From assembly GCA_028534125.1 (NCBI GenBank), contig CM052839.1, positions 25,420,001 to 25,484,000 on the forward strand: a DNA stretch of 64,000 nucleotides, in the 5' to 3' direction. The DNA is from Lama glama (taxonomy: Eukaryota). The notes beneath the pieces were generated by a model, which was given only the letters and a program-made list of their open reading frames with translations, had not been told where the DNA came from and did no database searches. Made by a program: the position numbers and the translations under genes. Of the stretch, positions 25,011 to 38,729 are shown one piece after another. The first letter of the stretch is position 1. Each line of letters begins with the position of its first letter.

Positions 25011-28000
25011 CTTCACAGACACAGAATGGAAGAAAAAACAAAAGTGAGTGATGTCCATAAGACTTTTTAAGGGTGTAATAGGTTAGATACTGGAATAATT
25101 ATTATTTTCCTTCGTTTTCAGGAGGCTTCTGGCTTTCATTATTAAACTCTGATCATTAATCTCCTAAATATTACAATCTGTAAATACATGGTAGAACTTA
25201 CCATTTTATAGATAGATGGATTTTTACCACCTTTATTAGAATTAAGAATTTTAGTTTAAATCAAGAATTAAACTAAAAAATGAGATGGAAAATTAGCAGA
25301 AATTACACCAAGCAATTTCTCAGTTTAAAATTATTTTTCTCCCTAAAATATAGGGTAATAACAAAGAAAAAGAAGAAAAAATAAATCAGGAATATACCAA
25401 ATAAAGGTCTGGGATACCATGAGCAGTCACCTAAAATATTAAAATTGTTTCTGAGATTTCAAGTAGTCTCAAAATAGAGGCCTCTAAGTTTCTTCTAAGA
25501 GGGAGACATTCTAAACCTGGTAAACACAGCAGGAGTGTGATTAAGTATCCCCTTTGGAGAAATGACTTTGACGAACCAGCCCTTTCTGCACACAGCTGTC
25601 AGCACTATTGTTTTAGGAATTCTTATAATTTCTAGCTGATCTACCCAGCTTCCTGGGAGAGAGGTCTGCACTACAGAAGCAAAGTAACTGAATAACTGAC
25701 AGGCCCGGACAGAACCACAAAATAAAGCAGAAGAAGTGAATTTAAAGTTCAACTCGACAGGTCTTTGCTTTAAAAAAATTCATACTCTAATAGTAAGTTA
25801 AAATAATTTGATCAAGAAAATTAAAGTGTTTTTTTCTAGTGAAAAAACATTTAAAATAGATCAAAGTCTTGTTTTTGTTAAAAAAAATCGTAACACACAC
25901 CTCATGTATTTTTGAGATAAAAAATATATTGTAAAACTTTTGCCATCATTATTACCTGATTTTTCCAAACAGATGTCCCTTTGAACTATCAGAATACTCT
26001 ATAGTACAAGGTACAACGTAAGTACAAAAGAGGTCCAAAGAGTTACCTGTGAATACTTAGCCACTCTTACTGTTCTCAAGTCTATCTGAGGGCAGGTCTC
26101 ATGTCCCACTAGCCCCGTGTTCCTTTGGGTCCATTGTTTACTTAGATATAGTAAACAATGAAAATCTGGGATAATTTGGGATAAAATCTGGTATTTTGGT
26201 TACCTTCTACAACTGTAGTATTAATCTTGTACTTAAAAATCAAAGAATCTGTGTACACATAGAATTTTTTAAACAACACAACTCAGAAACAACTTTAGTT
26301 GAAATGCAATACTGAGATCCATAGACAAAAACTGTCAAGTCTCTGGTGACCAGGGTCTCTCTCATCTTTAAATGCTCCAGAGTGCCTAGTGCACACCTAC
26401 AAAATAGGTATTTGAATGTTTACTGAATTAAATTACAGTGTAAGACATATGAGAAGGTCTGGGTAGAGTATAAATTAAATTTTAATACATTGGAAATGAA
26501 CCTATTTAATTTCTTTTTAATGAGTACTAAGTCCATATAATTCCAACTGAATTTTTATTTCTAGTATACTTGCTCTTTAATATCTAAAGAGGATGCAGGA
26601 AGACTGCATTTGAAATGCATACTTGAAATGGTTATAAAGCATTCACATGGTTTTTTAACAAGGCTTTTTTGCTCACCTTGTAAGAGAACCACTCATGGCT
26701 TGGCCTTAAGCAAGAGAAAGTCCCATATATAGCATTTTTAGTAGATGGGTTTTATTTTCTACTTCTAATCCAGGTTCTTCAATTCACGTCCAGCTCAGCT
26801 ACACTGGGCCTAAGAATGGATTGCAGTATCAAATCTGAAATAGTCTTATATATCACAGAATAAATGTTATGGGTTTTCTTCAAAGTTCTCATAGTGGCAT
26901 TTGGGAAAATCTGAAGAGGCAAAGTTTTATGTCTACTTGGCTGAAAGGGCCACAACACACTTTCATATGCAATGAACTCTTGAGTACAGTCCACTGGTTC
27001 CACTGATACCAAGTTCAAGTTCTATTAGGAGTGGAGACAGAAGACAGTCATTTAGGTGTTTTTTAAATGTGGACTTATAAAGCAATCCTCCTTGCACTAA
27101 GGGGACAGGTAAGTGGGCTATGGTCATCTGTCAAGAAGGACACATTTTCAGAAACAATTATTTTATGTAAGTGACCACCACTTTCTCAAAAGCTGGTCAC
27201 TGATGAATTATCACCAAAATTTACTTAAGTAATGTTTAATGCTTGATGGGGACAGGGAGGGAGTTCGTGAATTCCTTATCTAGCTAATCTGACAGCAGAG
27301 ACTACTGGAGATCAAACAGAAGATCCAGCTTAGTGGCCGATCCTGCTTAGCACCAAAGATCTAGAAAACAAAGACTTACACTGACAGGGAAAGTTTGCAG
27401 CAAAGGGTTGAGCTGTGTGCAAGTCAGGAACTTTTGCTCTCTCACATAAAGCAACAGAGCTTTCACCTGCTTAAAATTCAGTAGACTGGCACAGGTGGAT
27501 GTTGGGGAATTTGACGGCCACACTTACGCTCCATTTCAGGGAGTGACACAGGGCTTCTTTAAATACTTCTGCTTAGGACTTGGCTGACGGGAGTGGAGGC
27601 AGGGAAATATTCTGGTTTCTATACAACTAAATAGCCAAGTTGAAATGCTGGAGTGAGTTAGGAATCTGGATAAGAGTCATCATTTCTTTTAACCCTTTGA
27701 TATCAGCAAACTCAGCTCCATAAAGAATTGAGGAGATAAGGATATAAGATTACAAGGTGCTTAAGATACAAAGGAGCGTATCTAGTCACAAAGTATTAAC
27801 TCTTATAAGATGTATTCTGTAAGAGCAAATGACAAAAACACAATAATTAGATAGCTAAATAAATCAGGATCCTTTCATGGAGATGAGCCCGCAATTTAAG
27901 GATACAAATGAGCTTCATAGGAGAGTAAAGTTACCATTGAAAAGACAAACCCTTTCTCTAATAACATGTACTAAAATAATCTGGCAAACCAAAGACACAG

Positions 28001-29017
28001 TTTACAATTTAGAGACAGGAAATGCTGAACATCATTATTCTACTTAATTTTATTACGTTTGAGAATAGTCAGAGGTTTCCAGTGTGTTAATAATCTATTC
28101 ATGTAGCCATCTCTGGAGAACTACTGGAGGTGGCAACATTGGTTTAAAACTGCAACCAAAACCATACATGCTATTCTTTGATTTTTATAAACAATTCTAA
28201 ATAAGAGGTTGCAGAGCAGGACTATTTTTCTAAGCAAATGATATGGCTAATTTCCAACCAACACAGTACATAAGCAGTTAATCCACTAGCAGAAGAACTT
28301 GTAGTGGTGCCTTTAGTCTTAACTGGGTTATTTTATTGTCTCCATCGGTGGGCAAAGATGGGCAGAAATCCCCCTGACAATTAGTCTGGGTAAAAAAGAA
28401 AAAGTCAATTTAAGAACAACTAATCATTCTGACAGGTTTAACATCATTTTAGTAACCCAAAAGGCAAAAGGTTGGTCAAAATGAATCAAACATTAAAAAC
28501 AAGAGGATCAATATAGATAGAGTCTACAAATTTTCTAACTGTGATCAACTTTCATGGCTGACTAACCAAGACAACAGAGAGCTACAGAAGAAAAGGAGTG
28601 GTGGACTTAAGGTAAGGGAGACGGAGGCAATGAGACAGAACTAAATAAACAAATCAATGGGAGAAAAAGGGAAAAGCAGGGGAAGGGAAGGAAGAAAGAT
28701 GATAGATACTGATGGCAATGAAATTGGTAGAAAGAGCATTGGCCTTGGTTCTAGGTAAGAACTGTGTAATAAAGCAATTAACTTAGCTCTTCTAAACCAG
28801 AGTCTCCCCGCTTCACACAGAACATTGTGAACCTAGAACTAAATTACCTCTATTGTTCCCTCGAACTCCAAAAAGCTAAGATTTTATGGTGGGGTTGGTG
28901 GTGAAGAGGGAAAGAATTCAGTGGTTGCAATATCCAGAAGAAAGTAAACTTAAAGTCTGCCTTGGCTTTAACAGCCGAAATGCCGATAATGAGGTAAGAT
29001 CACAGGCGCACTTCAGT

Positions 29018-29208
29018 GCAGTGCTGCTCAACTCCAGTGTGCGTGAGAATCACCTGGGTGTCTATTAAAACACAGACTGCTGGCTGGGTCGCACTCTTGG
29101 AACTTCTTGTGCAGGAGGTCTGTGGTGGGGCACCAACATTTGCACTTCTAACAAGCTCTCAAGTGATGCTGCTGCTGCTAGGCTGGGACTACACTTGGAG
29201 AAACACTA
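29018..29208. mobile_element. MER5A-like hAT-Charlie element
   Basis: cagtgctgctcaac...gaatcacctggg...ttgcacttctaacaagctc...cacttggagaaacact. Confidence 0.8.
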
Positions 29209-30531
29209 TTCTGGGGAATAAGTGACAGAGGGCAAATAAACATGGCTATATGTGGAAAAAAGGCTGGCCAGATATCTCTTATTTCTTAGGGAGAAAAAGA
29301 ACCTGACTGGGTGCGGTAAGGTGACTGATAAATAAATGCTGGATCAAGAAATTTGTTTCCTCTGCTGATCAAAGCTTTGTTGTTGACCAACGCTTAACAG
29401 ACAAATATAGTTACTTAATAAATAGTTTATAATATAAATTGCATATTACATTTGCCAAGTTCTTCAGAAACTTCAAAATTATGTATGTTTAAATATTCAT
29501 GCAAAATCAGGATTATAAACTGGGAATTCTATTTATGAATCCTGAACGTCACAAAATAGTTATAATACATCATTTAACTTTTTAAAAGAAAATCCATGTT
29601 AACACTTAATTACATTTAGTAACTTTTCCTAATAGAATCAGGTGTTTTATAAGTTAACTCTTCAGATAATGGAACTTTAAACACAAACCTTTTAAAATCA
29701 TTTTAGAAGATTTCTTTCTGAATAGAAAACGTGACCACAAGTGAAGCTTTCCTTCATTACTAACATCATCTAACACACACAATGGCATCAGTTCTGTAAT
29801 GAACTGATACCACCTCCTGGGCTGACGAGAGTTTATGTGAGGCCAGCTGCTTTGACACTGAATGAGTCCAGTGTTCTGTAGGTTTGCCATTTCTGCCATC
29901 TGGTTTATCTCGGCCACACCTGAGCTATTAGCTATTATTTCTCAGAGAACCCACCTGTTAGCTGCAGGTTGAATTGGTATACCTTCCCCACTTGGACCTA
30001 AGAGTGACTCCAGAGTAAGGAATATGCTTATGGGCTTTAAGATGTTATATTCTTGAGGTGGCTTTTTTTTGTTTGTTGGTTTATTTACTCTTAGATTTTC
30101 AGGCTGTTGCTGGCAGCAGGGAAGTGGGGCACTACTATACTTTGTGCATTTTTTTGGATAAAGTTTGCTGTATCAGAGACACAGAAGAACTAGGGCAAAG
30201 TTAGTGCATCTAGTAAGGGAATTATAATTCTGTTCACTTACAGGGTAACAATGTACCTTAGGTTACTTTTCCTGCCTAAACTAAAAACTTATCAACCTTG
30301 GAACACTATGTGTATATGTTCTAAACATTTCACTATCTTCTGTATAACTATTTGAAAGTAGAAAACTTTACAGAAACCAAAATTCAAGTCATCTACAAGG
30401 TAAAGAAGAAATAAGATGAATCTCATGATAAAAAAGGAGCAAAATCTGGTATAAATTGATAACAAGGGAATTCCTAATGTTGGTATAGTAATATTATTGC
30501 TCAAATTCATATAAAGATTACATTTACTGAC

Positions 30532-30748
30532 CTGGGGAATGCTGGGAAGTTGCAAGTGAGGTCATGGAATTAGAAAGGTTAAGGTTAGCAGTAATACTAA
30601 GCTGGCTCTGCACTGCAGGAGGATAAGGAGATGTGGGTGTCAGNNNNNNNNNNNNNNNNNNNNNNNNNNNNNNNNNNNNNNNNNNNNNNNNNNNNNNNNN
30701 NNNNNNNNNNNNNNNNNNNNNNNNNNNNNNNNNNNNNNNNNNNNNNNN
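30532..30748 (-). CDS. NF1: NF1 exon 57 (5' part in N-run): ...LTPTSPYPPAVQSQLSITANLNLSNSMTSLATSQHSP
   Basis: Donor CCAG|gtcagt at 30532 is seen; start inferred from the 217-nt human length, inside N-run 30644-30824. Confidence 0.9.
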
Positions 30749-31799
30749 NNNNNNNNNNNNNNNNNNNNNNNNNNNNNNNNNNNNNNNNNNNNNNNNNNNN
30801 NNNNNNNNNNNNNNNNNNNNNNNNAACAAAGATTAATTCAATTGTAGCTTTGGGCTTAATTTACTATTTTTCTTCCTTTGTACTAAAGATCATTTAAAAA
30901 GGGGTGGAATAATATTTATAAACTACTACGGGACTTACAACTGGGAATTTTATTCAGCTTACACTTACAGCTTCCAGATGAACCTGCAATTACTGAAAGC
31001 CATACACAGACAAAGAGAACTAATCCTGAGACAATCCAATCATCAGGAATGATGTCTAGTCAATTTTCCAAAACAGAGAAAACAAGTAGAGCATCATTCC
31101 AGCTGCCATTTATAGAGATTCAACTATCTAAACACTGAAGGGCTCAGAGGGCTACTGGAAATCAAACTACAAAAATTCTTACATGATACACTTATTTCTG
31201 TGACTTCAGGCCCATTTTTTTTAAATAACAGCCTTTGCATATCAAGAGACATTCAGTAATAATTAAACAAATCAAAATACTCAATTATTAAAATTAGAAC
31301 TAAGTTAACACAATTCATATTGATTTAGCACCCACGTATCTACAACACTGCACTAGGGGGAAGAAATAGAAGTCCTGCCTTCAAGGAACCTCAATCAATT
31401 TGGAGAGAGACCATACACAGAGGGAATAATTAAATACACATTTATGTAGCACTACATCAACTAATGCCAATCCAAAAACAAGCTGAACAGAGCAAATGAG
31501 GATATATTCAGGGAAGAATGGATCTAATACAACAGGTTGAAAGGAAAAATGTTTCCATGAGTTAATTTTTTTGATTATGTAATTTTTAAAAATTGACGCT
31601 TAAAGAGACATACAACATTATATTAATTTCAGGTCATGAGGGAGATTTTAACCAAACAAAATGCTCCTTCCTAATCACAAGATACCTAAAAGTGTGTCAT
31701 TAAGATCATCAATTACATGAGGGACTGAGGGCAGAAAAGTTTACAGAGGTTTATCAAACCTTTCTGAAAGGTCAAGCATAAATTGAGTTGAATTTTTTT

Positions 31800-31865
31800 A
31801 AACTTTTTTTTATTGAGTTATAGTTATTTTACAAAGTTGCGTCAAATTCCAGTGTAGGGCACAAT
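31800..31865 (-). mobile_element. Short 5'-truncated young L1 3' end with target-site duplication
   Basis: polyT + tattgagttatagt...acaa.gttg.gtc; flanking direct repeat ttgaatttttt at 31788 and 31866. Confidence 0.7.
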
Positions 31866-32078
31866 TTGAATTTTTTTTTTTGTAAAAACTAATATATAAA
31901 CATATTAAAGGTGCTGCCTCTTGGAAAGAATCTTGTGGTAGAAAACTTTTAATAAAAATAACTTATGTGTTTATTGTGAATCATTCTGGTTTCCAGGATA
32001 TTGTGTGTTCTTACAGCAGGCACACTAATACAAATAAAAACTTTCATTTTGTCAATAGAGAAAAATATATTTTCTTAC

Positions 32079-32125
32079 CTTTGAAAAGGGTCCTGCAAAT
32101 CGCCACAGGCCATTAAAACCAAAAC
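32079..32125 (-). CDS. NF1: NF1 exon 56 (47 nt): FGFNGLWRFAGPFSK
   Basis: tgcag acceptor, gtaag donor. Confidence 0.95.
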
Positions 32126-32493
32126 CTGCAACAAATCAAATGTTACTCTTAAAACAAGCATGACACTCTTTTAATCTTAACAGAAATTAAATAAGTTATA
32201 TAGTTGATGATATATAAAACCTACATGTAAAGTGAAAACATTTTTTTTAAGAATGAGTGTCAAAGTAGACTAAAACTCACTGAAAACATACTCAGTATAA
32301 AAGCATATTTTAGTTAAAAAGTTGTCAATCAGTTATTGTGCTGAACACGTATTTAAGAGAGTCAGAAAACGGCATGGAAAGAGAGAGGTATGAACAAGCC
32401 TATTCCTTGTAAGGAATTCTGCAGCTGTGCATTCTTTAACAGCACACATGTTTCAAGTTCATCAGCCATCCTCCTCCCGGTACACTTATTTAC

Positions 32494-32636
32494 TTTGCAG
32501 GTAAGACGTCTGGTATTGTGGTGGGGATTCTTCATGGTATACCACACTCTGCACAATTCCATGGATTGGATTTAACAAATTCGGATCTTGGCACAATGAC
32601 AAGAGGGTGTTGATCTTAGAGTCCAACAAATTGTGC
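32494..32636 (-). CDS. NF1: NF1 exon 55 (143 nt): HNLLDSKINTLLSLCQDPNLLNPIHGIVQSVVYHEESPPQYQTSYLQ
   Basis: ttag acceptor, gtaaat donor. Confidence 0.95.
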
Positions 32637-33714
32637 CTAAAAAATAAAAGTCAACAGAGAAACATTTTAAAGGAAAATTAAATGAATATATTTACTGGAA
32701 AACACACTATATATTCCATAGAACAATGTGATAAAAATGAAGGGAGATGAGTGCTTTTTCAAATTTTCTCTAATGAATTTGTGTGTGTTGGCTTTTTTGA
32801 TTTGTCTTTCGTTTTGTGTATAGTCATCAGGGAAAATACGGTAAAAACCACCACCTAGCACTGTCCTATACTCATGTTTAACTATACATGGTGACTGCTC
32901 AAGACCAGGTTGGCTTCTGTCTGCCACTCAGCATGCTTTAGGACCATCTCTTTCTGCTGATTATTGATATGTACCCAGGAGTTAAAACTAAATTTAATAT
33001 TAATCAGTGTTTAATAAATGCTAAATCAGATTGAATTAGCAAGGTTAGACCAAGAGAAAAACTAGTTTGGAGGGGGTGGAATATATGATCCAATTCAAAC
33101 ATGAGGAAATTAGCTACTTCCAACTCAGCTACACTCTACTAATAAAAATAACTAACAGCCAACTATATAAAATTCTGAAATTTTTAAGTGAGATTAAACA
33201 AAAATAAGGAAATAATGATAATACACAGAAGGCCTAGATCAGGAATAGAATTTCCAAAGTTTCTTTAGGTTATTTAGATTTGAACATTCTGAGGCCGGTA
33301 TTATTTCGGCCCTTAAGAAAGAGTAAAATTCACCTCCCAAAGAAGAGATCAATTTTGTTTTCACTCAGCTGTGGGTAAAAACAAAACCTCTACTGAAAAA
33401 GAAACCAGAACTGCTGATTTAAATACAGCAGCCTTAACAGTTTTCTCCTAAGTGAGGAAATGAAAAATACCTACCACAACGAACAACATAAGAAAATCGC
33501 AAGATAAAAAATGGTTTTTTTGGTATTCAACAGGCCAAAACTAGTCTTAGATCCCATTAAACCCACTGTCTCTAAGCTAAAATCAGTATCACACTACCGC
33601 ACAGTCCCCTCTCCACAACCAGTGAGCACTAGTGGGTGATATTTTTCCTTAGCTTTCATAAAGCATTTGACTTCAAGACAGACACAAAAGTTGAACACAA
33701 GTGGAGATACTTAC

Positions 33715-33815
33715 ACAACAGGAAAAACTTTTGGGAAAACAACACTGGCTTCTGCTAAGTATTCATAAAGAATTCGCTGATCAAACTCATCTGTGGTATA
33801 TTTCACCAGAGTAGC
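33715..33815 (-). CDS. NF1: NF1 exon 54 (101 nt): ATLVKYTTDEFDQRILYEYLAEASVVFPKVFPV
   Basis: tgcag acceptor, gtaagt donor. Confidence 0.95.
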
Positions 33816-33977
33816 CTGCAAAAAAGTAAACAAAAACCATTTTATTTTGTGACTGAATTGTTATCTGTTTTGGTGAAAAGCAGACGATGGCCTTCCTTTC
33901 ATATTTTTAATATTTAGGGGCCTTTTAAGAGTAGATTGGACCAAAAAAAAAATCCTACAAAAAGTGGAAAGCCTTAC

Positions 33978-34108
33978 CAGAACAGTAAGAAGAAGTGCTT
34001 GGATTTTTGGATCAGTAAGTACTTCTTCATCTAAGAGAACATTTGATTCAGACACTGAAACTTTACGTAAATGTGGGTGTTGTTGTGATGAGGAAATCCT
34101 TTGAGTTT
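33978..34108 (-). CDS. NF1: NF1 exon 53 (131 nt): TQRISSSQQHPHLRKVSVSESNVLLDEEVLTDPKIQALLLTVL
   Basis: ctgcag acceptor, gtaagg donor; ORF 33861-34184. Confidence 0.96.
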
Positions 34109-34483
34109 CTGCAGTAAGATATGGATTAACACAATCAGCTGTATTAATTGAATTTAACATGCTAGATACTACTTCACCTAACATATTTTAATGTCACTTT
34201 TTAAAATGCAACAGCTTTTTAAAGACACTTAAAATAGCAACATAAACATCATACAAATTACTATGCACCTATACAAACGTCCTGGTTAGCTGTCTATAAT
34301 GGCGTATATCACATGTATGATTTTTCTACACAGGTTTCAGGATACCTGTCATTGTAAGGACTGCATAGCTTATCTTTTGAAAAAGAGCAAATGTTTCTGT
34401 ATTTCATCCTAATGATTCTAAAAAATGACTGGAAAGCAAATATGGCTTCAATGTACTCCCCAATCTTACTTTCAATGATCTAG

Positions 34484-34655
34484 NNNNNNNNNNNNNNNNN
34501 NNNNNNNNNNNNNNNNNNNNNNNNNNNNNNNNNNNNNNNNNNNNNNNNNNNNNNNNNNNNNNNNNNNNNNNNNNNNNNNNNNNNNNNNNNNNNNNNNNNN
34601 NNNNNNNNNNNNNNNNNNNNNNNNNNNNNNNNNNNNNNNNNNNNNNNNNNNNNNN
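34484..34655 (-). CDS. NF1: NF1 exon 52 (legacy 43, 123 nt, NLS-containing) inferred inside N-run
   Basis: Exon not found between exons 51 and 53; the 172-nt N-run lies ~380 nt upstream of exon 53 where it is expected. Coordinates are those of the gap. Confidence 0.65.
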
Positions 34656-35739
34656 GGAAGTTCATTAACCACAGTGTCTGTGAATAGTAATATACTAAAA
34701 AGAAAATGTTTGGGCATAAAGTGTTTAAGTTTTCACTTAAGGACCCAAAGAAAGCTCAGACATATCCCTAGGGCAGAGTTCCTGTCCTCTCCCTTTTTCT
34801 TCATCTTCTCAAGGCATTTTGGTCACACAGCTGTTCTGCTGGATGGGCTTACAGGTCCAAATTAAATTGAGATTACATTCACTACACCGGAGGTAAACCA
34901 AACTCCACCAACAGGTACAATATCTGATAATAAATGCAGAGATATGTGCTGTTCAGGAGCAAAGATCAATTATGTCTGAACTGCCTTTTTTCAATTTAAG
35001 GCATTCTGCTGGTGCCAAGACTGAGTTATTAACATAAGGAGAATTTCCAAAAGTAGGCAAAATCAGAGTTTCATTTTAATTCTTCAGGCTTTGAAGAAAG
35101 GACCTGCATGCCTGAAAGTACTAAAAATAGATACACTGGGAGATGCTTCAAAAATAGCGAGCAGTACCATCTCCCATTTGGCTCTGAGTTTCTCCAATCA
35201 TGTGTTACACTAATGTTAAATATCTTTCTCTTGTTTAAAGTAAAAGTATTGAAATTGGGTTATTTGGAACTTAGATATTTCTGTTATTTGTATTCCAAGG
35301 GCTTCTCTCAGTCTTCTTGGTACAGCTCTAGGAACATATTTGGAATACTTTTGACAGTACCATTTTTTTTAGAAGCCAGAACTGAAACCAATATAATTAC
35401 ATCTGACAGTTGAACACTTGAGAAACTTAATGTTCTATTAACCTCAAGTTTTAAAACAAATATTCACAATAGTCATACATATCAAGGTCAGATAATTTAA
35501 CAGCACAAAAGGATCTAGCCAAAGCTCTTCATTTCATGTACCTGTAAACTGAGGAAGCCATGAGCAGTTAGGTGATTAGCCTGAAGTTGCATGGCTGGGG
35601 ATCCAGATAAAATAGATAAAATAAAAATAAAACCAGACTTAAAATACCAAATTTCCTAATAACCAATTTGTGCTTTCCATCCTGTGTGAGATCAGGATAG
35701 CACTCTCTACATTTAGCTTTTCTATCTTTTTCACTCTTC

Positions 35740-36690
35740 TTTTCTGCTTTACTCTCTGCACTCTCCTGGGAGACCTCCTTCCACTCCCATAGCTTCTATG
35801 AGCTCATCAATTCTCAATGTGCCACTTGTCCACTTCTCTCTTCCCGAACTCCAAAATGTATGTTTTCATTTATCTCTTAAATATATACTCCTAGAATCCT
35901 GAAGGGAATCTCAAATATAATATCAACCAACCTACATTTATCTTGTGTTACATATGTATCACATGCATATTACATAATATATGTATTAGTCCTGATCTCG
36001 GGGAACGGAGTCACTATCCACCCAGTGTTTGAAGCTAGAAACTTTTGACATCCTTCACAGCCTTGTCCCTCCCAACCTGGCCCAACAGTCCAGCACTAAG
36101 TCCCAAACTTGATTCCTTTTCTCCATTCTCCCATTGCTCTTGCCTTAGTGCAGGCCTACACCACTTTTCACTTGGACTGCTGTATCAGTCTCTTAAACAG
36201 TTCCCCTGCCAAAAGCTCTTCCTATTTCTACACATTGTAGCGAAAAACCTTTCCTAAAAATAAAATTTTGTAATGTCCCCCTCCTACTTAAAGATCCCTG
36301 CTGGATACATGATAAGGCTAAATCTCCTTACATGGAACAAAGTCTCTCATAATCTAGTTCCAATCCTTCTCTAGCTTCATTTCCTACCCAATTATTTTTC
36401 CTGACTTTTCTTTATTCATGCTATTCCCCTTCTCTTGAATGCATGCCTTCCTTACTGTATGTCTACCTGGCAAGTATGTATTAAATCTTTAAGACCCAGT
36501 TCAAATGTTACCTCCTCTCTGTAGCTTTTCCTAATTTTCCCAGATTCTCAGTTTCCCCTCATCAAGACATATGACTTAAATGGCACCTGGGGATGCTGTT
36601 GCAATTGTCTGATTGTAAGTCTTAGCCACCAAACTCAGCTGCTTCAGGGCAAAGACTGTAACTTTTTCATCTAGCACATGGGTTGAATGA
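35740..36690 (+). mobile_element. L2 LINE fragment
   Basis: Pyrimidine-rich L2 body ending tctttaagacccagttcaaatgttacctcctct...agggcaaagact. Confidence 0.65.
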
Positions 36691-37718
36691 ATCCAACGTT
36701 GCATTTTCTCTGAAGTTAGTTTTTCATTTATAACTTCCTTGGCATGAAAATCCAGAATTACAAAACATAAAGTAACCAGGAAACTCCTAGAAGATTATTT
36801 ACGGCAAAGTATAAAAAGAAAAGAACTCAAACAAAAGGTTAACAGTCCTGTGTGACCAGTAACAGTGATTAACATGTGTGGTTTCAACTTCTCTCATGGT
36901 TTACTGCAGGTTATTTTATACTTCATTGTTTGTTCACTGATTTCCTTATGAACACAAAAATTTTCCCAGTATCTAAAGATACTTAAAAATATACTTCCCA
37001 GGATAATTGAAACCTACTGAGCCATTCATAGTGTTGGTCACTGATATATGAATTCCAGTAACAATGCAAACTTTAGCCAGTTGTGTAAGAGCACCTTTGC
37101 ATTCACTCTGCAGTGAGGTGGGATCAGTGGGCTCTCTCATTATCTACTTTCAGTTTTTGAAAACGGAAAGCATCTCACAGCATTTTAGGTGTATTTCTCT
37201 TTGACAAATGTTGACATAACTGAACAATTTTAACTTCCAAGAATCATATTTTTTATAGTAAAAAAATACAGTAATTTAAAAACCTTACCTTTTTGTCTTT
37301 TTAAAGAAAAGATGGCAAATAGTATTATTACAGCTTCATAGTATATTGATGTACTGTGCTCTCAGATTTTGGGAAATATACTGTTAAAGGCCCTGCATCT
37401 GAATGGTGCAAGACCCTTCCTTTCTTGTATCTAATATCTCTCTTACTCCCTGCTGCCTGGCCAAGGCAGAATAAAACAAGGAGAGTCACAGTATTGAATC
37501 TAAGAATCCCCAAAACACTGTTTCAACTTCCCATGCTCATTCCTCTATCTTAACTGATCTATCAAACTCTCTAATATTTGGCATAAAAAACTTTGCTGTA
37601 TCAGAAATAAGAAATTTTGATAATCTTGAACAGCTTCAAATAATTTTCCAAGAGTGAAAGTATCTGACCATTTTAAAAAATAATTCTAAAAAATTCTACA
37701 TAATTTAGATAAACTAAC

Positions 37719-37876
37719 CAAGCAACTTCTTCGTGTTGGCTTGAGAAGGCTGCCCCATGTCCAAGCTCATGGATTTCCGGGCTCGGGGACTGGTCTGGCC
37801 TGCAGTTGGATAGGCGGCGGCAAGGTACCCTTCAGAACCTTTGGGAGAGGACCATGGCTGATTCTCCTTTAGTGTC
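37719..37876 (-). CDS. NF1: NF1 exon 51 (158 nt): TLKENQPWSSPKGSEGYLAAAYPTAGQTSPRARKSMSLDMGQPSQANTKKLL
   Basis: tctcag acceptor, gttagt donor. Confidence 0.96.
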
Positions 37877-38625
37877 CTGAGAGATTGAAACAATTGAGAA
37901 CAATTAATAAACATGATGACAGATACAACCATTGTTTTCCCTTCCAACTGGCTGTAGTATTTCCCCAAAACAGCAATCATTTAATTTTAAAACTGCACTC
38001 GAAAGCACTTTAGGGTACAAACTGCTAATTTATCCCCAGGAAGTATCCACTTTTCTGCCATGACATCTTATACATAGTAGATACTCAACAGAATTGTACT
38101 GCACTGATTTTTTAATCAGGGAAAATCAAGTCTAAATAGGCGATTGTATTCTCACAGTTTAAAAACCAAGAGGAACATAGACAAACTCACTTTCTCCTTT
38201 CCATAAGAAAAGGGCATATCTCAAAGAAATATAATCAGAGGAATGACTGAAGAATAAGGAAACTAAAAACCAAGTATGCTGGAAAGCTTTTGCACACACT
38301 GTTAATATCTCAGTTGGAAATTGTTGAGGGCTTTTTAATCATGAAGTGGGATATTGATAAACTGATACAAGATTATTTTCCTATGTTCAATACTGTACCT
38401 AAAACTTAAAGATACCTTTGTTTAATTGAAAATATAAAAAAACTCCAAATGATGCCATTTTCCTGAAATTTCTCCATGTTATAGTGAAACGTATATTACC
38501 CAAAGCCATGTACAACAGTGGATATAATTTGATTATCTTGTCTAAATCCATACTATGGAAACTTTTTAATAACTTAAGTGTGATATGAGTAAATACAATA
38601 AATACGTTGGTATGCATATCTTTTT

Positions 38626-38729
38626 TTCTTTACAACGCAAACTGCCTTTATTTATTTATTTATATTTCAATTAATTTTTTTTTATTGAGTTATAGTCAGT
38701 TTACAATGTTGTGTCCATTTCTGGTGGAC
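38626..38729 (-). mobile_element. Short young L1 3' end plus extra polyadenylated segment, with TSD
   Basis: tattgagttatagtcagtttacaatgttgtgtc; TSD-like ggtat..atatcttttt at 38609-38625 and 38730-38746. Confidence 0.65.
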
